Positions 18,874-24,650 of a stretch of DNA of 64,000 nucleotides are shown here, in pieces. This DNA comes from an uncultured delta proteobacterium (GTDB taxonomy: Bacteria; Desulfobacterota; Desulfobacteria; Desulfobacterales; SG8-13). The notes under the pieces are model-generated. The model searched no databases. It had not been told where the DNA came from and worked only from the letters and a program-made list of their open reading frames with translations. A program made the translations under genes and the position numbers. The stretch is from the NCBI GenBank assembly GCA_963848135.1, contig CAWKCK010000002.1:509684-573683 (forward strand), given 5' to 3'. The stretch's first letter is position 1, and each line of letters starts with the position of its first letter.

Positions 18874-20772
18874 TTACACCCATAATTTCATTCGTAACCA
18901 GTTGACAAGGCGGTGGGAGGCGATCCAGAGGTAGGATTTTTTCCCGGCCGATATCCGGGCTTCGCCTTCCATGCCGGGCCGCATCCATTCCAGGTTTTCA
19001 AGAATACGGGCGCGCACCCTGAACACATTTTGGTTGTTCACCACCTCGGCGATGGGATTGATCCGCTCGATAACGAACCGAATTTTCTGATCGGGGTGGC
19101 CAACGGATGCCAACTCTCCCTCTTGCCCGGTGGCGACGTTTGCAATCGACGACTCCGGGACGTACAGCTCGGCCCTTAAGGAATCGATGGCGGCAATCTC
19201 AAACAGGACCTTACCCGTCTCGACTGGCGCACCGATCTGCTGCTTCAAATCCTCAGAAACCACCCAGCCGGTGATCGGCGATACCAGGGTTGCCTGTTCG
19301 ATTTTCTTTTCGATTAAACGGATCTCCGCCGCAACCTTGTCGCTCTGCGCCTGTGCGATCTGGGCTTCAGCCGTCTTCCGATCGCGCATCGATGCGGCCA
19401 TCTGCTTTTGATAACCCAACTGTTCGGCTTTCAGGGCGGCCAGTTTCAACCGGAGTTCAGAGGTCTCTAACGTCCCCAAAATAGCCTTACCGCCCTCAAC
19501 GCGATCTCCCGGCTCCACCGACACACTTTTGGTGAAGGTATCGAATGGCGCAACGACCACCTGTTGATTTTTGGCCTGCAACGCAAAAGAGGTTTTAATG
19601 CGGTAATCCCCTTTCGCTGTTGTAAAAAACACTGCCATCAAAAAGACCAGTACGGCGCCCAACTTTACCCAGGTGTGCTCATGCCCCAGCAGCACCCCCA
19701 CCTGCTGTCGGGCCCGAGAGGCCATGCGCGCGCCGAACCACCGATCACTTCGACTCAGTTCCAATAGCCGGGGTGCACAGAGATCACCGATCAACCTGAG
19801 GGTTTCTATTTCCGCCAATCGGTTAAAGGGCTGCTCGGGCGAACGCTCTAATGTCATCACTGCCGTTACGTTCCCGTCTTCGCGTATCGGCAGGCTGAGT
19901 ATACTGGAGGGTCCATGACATGCCGATAACTTCGCGGATCCACGATCGGCATACATCGCAGCGTCATCTTTGGGATGGATCACCTCCACATCCTGGTCCA
20001 GGCATTCCTCCATCGTGGCTTCAATCGCCTGAACCACATCCATTTCGCGGCCGAATGAATCCGTATGGCTCATCGCCCGAACCCGCACGCTGCGGCCATC
20101 GAGAAGGCCAAGACTGACCCGGCTGCAACCCAGTCGGGTTGAAATCTCGTTGCACAACGCCATGGCCGCACTCAAAAACCGCTTTGACTTGTTGACCGTA
20201 TCCAGTACTTCAAGGACCCGCCGCAGACGATTCATGGCCTCATGGTGCATTTTCGTTGTCAGGCGCATCTCATGGTGATCCAGCAGAAGAGCCGTCGTTT
20301 CCAGGCGGGCATGACTCAGTAGTAGCTGATAATGGGAACTTGCCTTGATTCGGAAGGCCGCGGCAGCACGAAGGGCGCCGTCGTTTTGAATCGGAATGAC
20401 AACCAGGTAATTCTGATATTTATCACTCCCTTCCGATGCGGAATTTTCTTTTACAATGACCGTTTGGCCACTTTTCATGACCCTTCGAAACGGTTTTTCG
20501 GCTTTACTGATCCATTTCAGGGAATTGCCGTTATTATTCGGGGTTGGGTATGCGGCCAGGGCCTCTATGCGATTGGCTTCCCCAAGGCGTAGCACCACCC
20601 CGGCATCACATTTGGCCAGGTGGCACTGGGTGGAGAGTAACTCGGATAGGAATCGGTCCGGCGGCCCGTCGTATGAGAACAATTCAGATAGAGCCTTTGC
20701 GTTGAAAGGCCCTGCCGGTCTTTGATTGTCCACAGATCTGCCCGCCGTGGATCCAGCCATAAATAATTCCAT
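18874..20772 (-). CDS. GAF-GAF-TM-HlyD membrane fusion protein
   Basis: 632 aa. Two cytoplasmic GAF-like segments, one TM helix (WVKLGAVLVFLMAVFFTTA), then an HlyD-type lipoyl/coiled-coil/beta-barrel region (LVSPITGWV). Confidence 0.8.
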   Translation of the reverse strand: MELFMAGSTAGRSVDNQRPAGPFNAKALSELFSYDGPPDRFLSELLSTQCHLAKCDAGVVLRLGEANRIEALAAYPTPNNNGNSLKWISKAEKPFRRVMKSGQTVIVKENSASEGSDKYQNYLVVIPIQNDGALRAAAAFRIKASSHYQLLLSHARLETTALLLDHHEMRLTTKMHHEAMNRLRRVLEVLDTVNKSKRFLSAAMALCNEISTRLGCSRVSLGLLDGRSVRVRAMSHTDSFGREMDVVQAIEATMEECLDQDVEVIHPKDDAAMYADRGSAKLSACHGPSSILSLPIREDGNVTAVMTLERSPEQPFNRLAEIETLRLIGDLCAPRLLELSRSDRWFGARMASRARQQVGVLLGHEHTWVKLGAVLVFLMAVFFTTAKGDYRIKTSFALQAKNQQVVVAPFDTFTKSVSVEPGDRVEGGKAILGTLETSELRLKLAALKAEQLGYQKQMAASMRDRKTAEAQIAQAQSDKVAAEIRLIEKKIEQATLVSPITGWVVSEDLKQQIGAPVETGKVLFEIAAIDSLRAELYVPESSIANVATGQEGELASVGHPDQKIRFVIERINPIAEVVNNQNVFRVRARILENLEWMRPGMEGEARISAGKKSYLWIASHRLVNWLRMKLWV

Positions 20773-20859
20773 TTTACCGTCAGAGTCTCATACCGCTAGA
20801 CAAATTGCTTTTTCCTCCCTCAAAGGGCAATTGATGCGTCCCGCTCGGCAGATGGAGGC

Positions 20860-21717
20860 TCACTCAGACTTCAATTGTCCGAGCTCTTTATTTTCCATTT
20901 CAGGAGAGAAGCCGACGGCAACACGTTCACCTGCCGGTCGCTTCAGAGGGTTGGGCACTTCGATGCGAACCCGCAGAGTATCGCTTGCGGCATCCGCAAC
21001 GGCCGAGATGTTGATGATCCGAGCATTCGGCGATGCATCAACGGGGTTTCCGGGAAAGGTAACCCAGGCATTCTGCCCCATTTCCAATTTGCCGGCTTGT
21101 TCCATCGGGACCGGCACATCGATCCAGAGAGGATCGTTTTGAACCAGTCGGATGACAGGTCCAAGTGAACCAATGGATTCCCCCACCTCGACGGTAACAT
21201 CCTCAACACGCCCAGCAATGGGGGCAACAAGGCGCATTTGCGCCAACTGGCTCTGGGCGTGATCGTATCGGCGCCGATACTGTTCTTGCTCCAAAACTGC
21301 CGACTTCAACGAAAGCTCTGCAATTCGGACGTTTAATTTCAAATGCTCAACTTCCCAGTCACTCGCTGCTCCTTTGGCCTGGGCCTGCGCGACCTTTTTC
21401 AAATCGATCCTTTTCTGTGCCAATTCCGCCTTGGCGGCAAGGATTTTGGTGCGGTCTTCCGAAAGCATTTTTAACTGCTGACTCTGGATTCTTTCGGGTT
21501 CATCGTAGAGGCGAACGAGCAGCTGATCCTTTTCGATAATGTGGCCTTCCTTGACCAGGACATCGGATACCCTGCCGGGCACCACGAAGGACAGGGTGAT
21601 ATCGGCATTGGGTGTCGTAATGCCCTGTAACGTCTCAGCGCCGGCAGAAACGTGGGCACACATCAGCGCACACAAAAGCCCTGCCCTAAAAATAGCGGAA
21701 CCAAATCTGGAAATCAT
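20860..21717 (-). CDS. periplasmic adaptor (MFP / HlyD_D23-like) with cleavable signal peptide
   Basis: 285 aa. Signal peptide MISRFGSAIFRAGLLCALMCAHVSAGA. Biotinyl-lipoyl-like hairpin (VAPIAGRVEDV) and a short coiled coil. Confidence 0.8.
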   Translation of the reverse strand: MISRFGSAIFRAGLLCALMCAHVSAGAETLQGITTPNADITLSFVVPGRVSDVLVKEGHIIEKDQLLVRLYDEPERIQSQQLKMLSEDRTKILAAKAELAQKRIDLKKVAQAQAKGAASDWEVEHLKLNVRIAELSLKSAVLEQEQYRRRYDHAQSQLAQMRLVAPIAGRVEDVTVEVGESIGSLGPVIRLVQNDPLWIDVPVPMEQAGKLEMGQNAWVTFPGNPVDASPNARIINISAVADAASDTLRVRIEVPNPLKRPAGERVAVGFSPEMENKELGQLKSE

Positions 21718-21805
21718 GGCCTTACCTTTCTTTCCAAAAAATGATGATCTCTGTTCGGTGTGATATTGAAATTCGGGTTAATAAAAAACAGTCCTCTTGG
21801 ACTTA

Positions 21806-21821
21806 AGCAATAAAAATGCCA
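21806..21821 (-). promoter_or_regulatory. sigma-54-type promoter candidate for the secretion operon
   Basis: The minus strand reads TGGCAT-TTTTA-TTGCT, against consensus TGGCAC-N5-TTGCW. It lies about 90 nt upstream of the MFP ATG (21717). Pattern match only. Confidence 0.4.
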
Positions 21822-21933
21822 ATTACTGGCATCAAAATTTTTGTAATTTATTCAATGGGTTTTCTTGTTTGAAACGGAAATTATTTCAGATATGCCAGTA
21901 ATTTGACTGTATGACCGTCAAATTTCACAGTAT

Positions 21934-21979
21934 AAAATCCCCCTAACCCCCTTTAGAGAATGGGGGCCGGGGGGATTTT
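21934..21979. terminator. GC-rich hairpin, bidirectional terminator candidate
   Basis: AAAATCCCCCTAACCCCC ... GGGGGCCGGGGGGATTTT with T-runs on both strands. It separates the upstream c-di-GMP gene from the secretion-operon promoter region. Confidence 0.45.
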
Positions 21980-22615
21980 CTTACCTGTATTTTTCACGAA
22001 TCGCATTTGTTCATTAGCAAGGCGCACACCCTATCGAAGATGAATCAGATGTGCGATCCTGCAAAGCGAGGGCATTCAGGGGCATAGCTGAACTTTGATA
22101 CCGCAAGTCCCTGACGACTCACCGAAGTACATATAAACAGGCGAGAGTCCAGCTATGCTGGGAAACGCAGCAAATGGGTGAATGCGGCCCGCCCAAAGGG
22201 TAAATATTTTTGGTTCTTCTCCGATTTAGTTGTGTAAATTGATGCGAAGATCATGCATGGATCATAGCGTGTCTAAATTGGCCACCCGCTCACTTCGCTC
22301 GCTCGACAGACGCTGACGGCCACAGACTTTTGCCTCCGCGACCTGCGGAGGCAAAACAAGCAGTCGCTGCACGAGGCCATCTGCTTTTCTGCCTGAAAGG
22401 CATGCATCTTTTACCCGGGCAAGTCGCCCGGGTAAAAAGGGTCTGTCTGCGTTATGTCAGCACTTGCGTCTTCTGAAACAATCGTTATATTCACCGGCCG
22501 ACAGATACCAGCCCAAAGATGGGCCCCCGAAGCGGCCCGCCGGGTCTCGGACATGGACGTCTCCTTTTGGCCCGAGGGTGAATTCGTTTCATTTCAACCT
22601 CTCGTTGAAAAGATG

Positions 22616-24418
22616 TCACTCGCTCTTCGGGGTCGAGGAAGAAAACATCTCGGAAATTTTCTCCGGCGGTACGGGTGGGCTGAACAGATAACCCTGGTAA
22701 AGGTCGCACCCCTCTTCTTGCAGGAACTTCAATTGGGGCTTTGTCTCCACACCTTCGGCAACCGTGCGTAGATTCATATTCCGAGACAGATAAATTAAAG
22801 AAGAAACCAGGGCACGGCTCTTGGTGTCCTCGAACAAACTCACAAAAAAGGAGCGATCGATTTTCAGCTCATCCAATGGCAGTCTTCTGAGATAACTCAA
22901 AGAAGAATAGCCGGTGCCGAAATCGTCAATAGACAATTGGAGACCAAGGCCTTTCAAACGATTCATTATTTCAATTTTGCTTTCGATATCCTCCAGCAAC
23001 ATGCTTTCGGTGACTTCAAGTGTCAGCAATTCGGGAAATATACCGCTGTTATGGACGATTTGTTTGAAAGTAGCCAAAATTTCCTGGTTCTGAAATTGTG
23101 CGGTAGACAAATTCACCGCCATACTGATCGGGGGCATACCGGTCTGCTGCCATTCAGACAGCTGGTTACAGGCCTGAGCCAAAACCCATTCCCCGATTGG
23201 GACCATCAGCCCGGTTTCCTCGGCGATGGGAATAAATTTGCTCGGTGGGATTACGCCATGTTCAGGGGTGTTCCATCGCAGCAATGCTTCCACTCCGGTA
23301 ATGGCATTCGTTTTAACATCCAACTTGGGCTGGTAGTACAGTAACAACTCATCCCGGTCGATCGCTTTGCGGAGCCTGGCTTCAAGATTGAGGCGCTTCT
23401 GGTACTGGGTGTTTATTTGTCGGGAGGAAAATTGAAAAGAGTCACCACCATGATTCTTGGCATAATCTTTGGCACTCGAGGCCAGCTGCAACATTGTCAC
23501 GCTGTCGACATCTTCTGTGGGGTACGTCGCAATACCGATGCTGGCAGTCAGGTAGATTTCGTTGTTATCCACAAGCAGCATCGATCGAATCGATTCCAAA
23601 ATACATTCGGCAACCAGCGCGGCATCGCTCTCGTTAGAAAGCCGATGCAGAAGCAGGGTAAAAACACCACCGTCTAAATGAAACAGATTAACAGGGACAT
23701 ACTCATCGATTTCATGATGCCCGAGCAAATCGAGGCCCTTAACGACATCCTTGAAGCGCGCGGTCAACTGTCGCAGAATTTCGTCACCCGCAAAAAGCCC
23801 CAGAGTATCACTGACCTTGTCAAATTGGTCCAACTCGATACTCAACAATGCCAGGTTATCTCTATTCTGTTTAACCGACTTCAAGCCCCATTCCAGACAT
23901 TCCATAAAAAGGTGCCTGTTGGGCAGTTTGGTCAGCGGGTCGTAAAAAGCGAGGCGATCCATATACGCCTTGGCGGCCAGGGTATTGCGAACGCGCAGCC
24001 GGAGTTCACTCGGATCAACCGGCTTGCCAAGGAAATCAGTGGCACCAAGGTCCAGTGCACGCAATTTATCTTTATTGTCTGATGATGCCGTCAATATGAT
24101 GACAGGCAAGTGTTTGAGTTTAGGATGCTCCCGCACTTGTTGTAGTACATCGAATCCCGACAGCTTCGGCATCATCAGATCGAGCAGAAGAAGATCGGGA
24201 CGCTGTTGCTCGAGCGTGGCCATCGCTTGGCTGGAATCTTCAATCAAGACGAAGTTGCTGTACCCCGCCTCCTCCAGAAATGCCTGCACGACTTCCATGT
24301 TGATGGGTTCGTCATCAACGATAACAATGTTTGCATTGAGCATTTGCTCAAACTCCCCCTGAAGTTCTGAGGTTTCATTCCACTCCGTCATATTCTTTTC
24401 TGCATTCGCTGTCTGCAT
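22616..24418 (-). CDS. response regulator with degenerate GGDEF and intact EAL domain (c-di-GMP phosphodiesterase type)
   Basis: 600 aa. REC ([10 protein letters not shown]...[13 protein letters not shown]). The GGDEF position reads DGGVF. EAL motifs are intact ([27 protein letters not shown]). Confidence 0.9.
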   Translation of the reverse strand: MQTANAEKNMTEWNETSELQGEFEQMLNANIVIVDDEPINMEVVQAFLEEAGYSNFVLIEDSSQAMATLEQQRPDLLLLDLMMPKLSGFDVLQQVREHPKLKHLPVIILTASSDNKDKLRALDLGATDFLGKPVDPSELRLRVRNTLAAKAYMDRLAFYDPLTKLPNRHLFMECLEWGLKSVKQNRDNLALLSIELDQFDKVSDTLGLFAGDEILRQLTARFKDVVKGLDLLGHHEIDEYVPVNLFHLDGGVFTLLLHRLSNESDAALVAECILESIRSMLLVDNNEIYLTASIGIATYPTEDVDSVTMLQLASSAKDYAKNHGGDSFQFSSRQINTQYQKRLNLEARLRKAIDRDELLLYYQPKLDVKTNAITGVEALLRWNTPEHGVIPPSKFIPIAEETGLMVPIGEWVLAQACNQLSEWQQTGMPPISMAVNLSTAQFQNQEILATFKQIVHNSGIFPELLTLEVTESMLLEDIESKIEIMNRLKGLGLQLSIDDFGTGYSSLSYLRRLPLDELKIDRSFFVSLFEDTKSRALVSSLIYLSRNMNLRTVAEGVETKPQLKFLQEEGCDLYQGYLFSPPVPPEKISEMFSSSTPKSE

Positions 24419-24471
24419 TGGGATAATGTCTCCTTCTATATGATGGACTCGTACTTAAACTTAACTGTTAA

Positions 24472-24638
24472 AGGTTCGGGGTTCAGCGTTCTGGGTTCTG
24501 GGTTCTGGGTTCACCGTTCAGGGTTCGGGGTTCATGACCTTGGAACCCGGAACCTTTGAACCCGGAACCTCTGAACCCAAAACCTTTGAACCATTATCAG
24601 TTCAACCTCTGAATCCTGAACGGTGAACCCTGAACCTG
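24472..24638. repeat. palindromic GTTCNNG heptad-repeat element (copy A)
   Basis: Left arm: nine 7-nt units (GTTCGGG GTTCAGC GTTCTGG GTTCTGG GTTCTGG GTTCACC GTTCAGG GTTCGGG GTTCATG). Right arm: their complements (GGAACCC, TGAACCC, CTGAACC ...). It starts 12 nt after the HK stop codon. Confidence 0.8.
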
Positions 24639-24650
24639 GATCATAAAAAA

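Noticed and set aside
22454-22771. 105-aa + strand ORF, and similar short ORFs overlapping the EAL gene 3' end
   Set aside because: It overlaps a well-supported EAL-domain coding region on the other strand.
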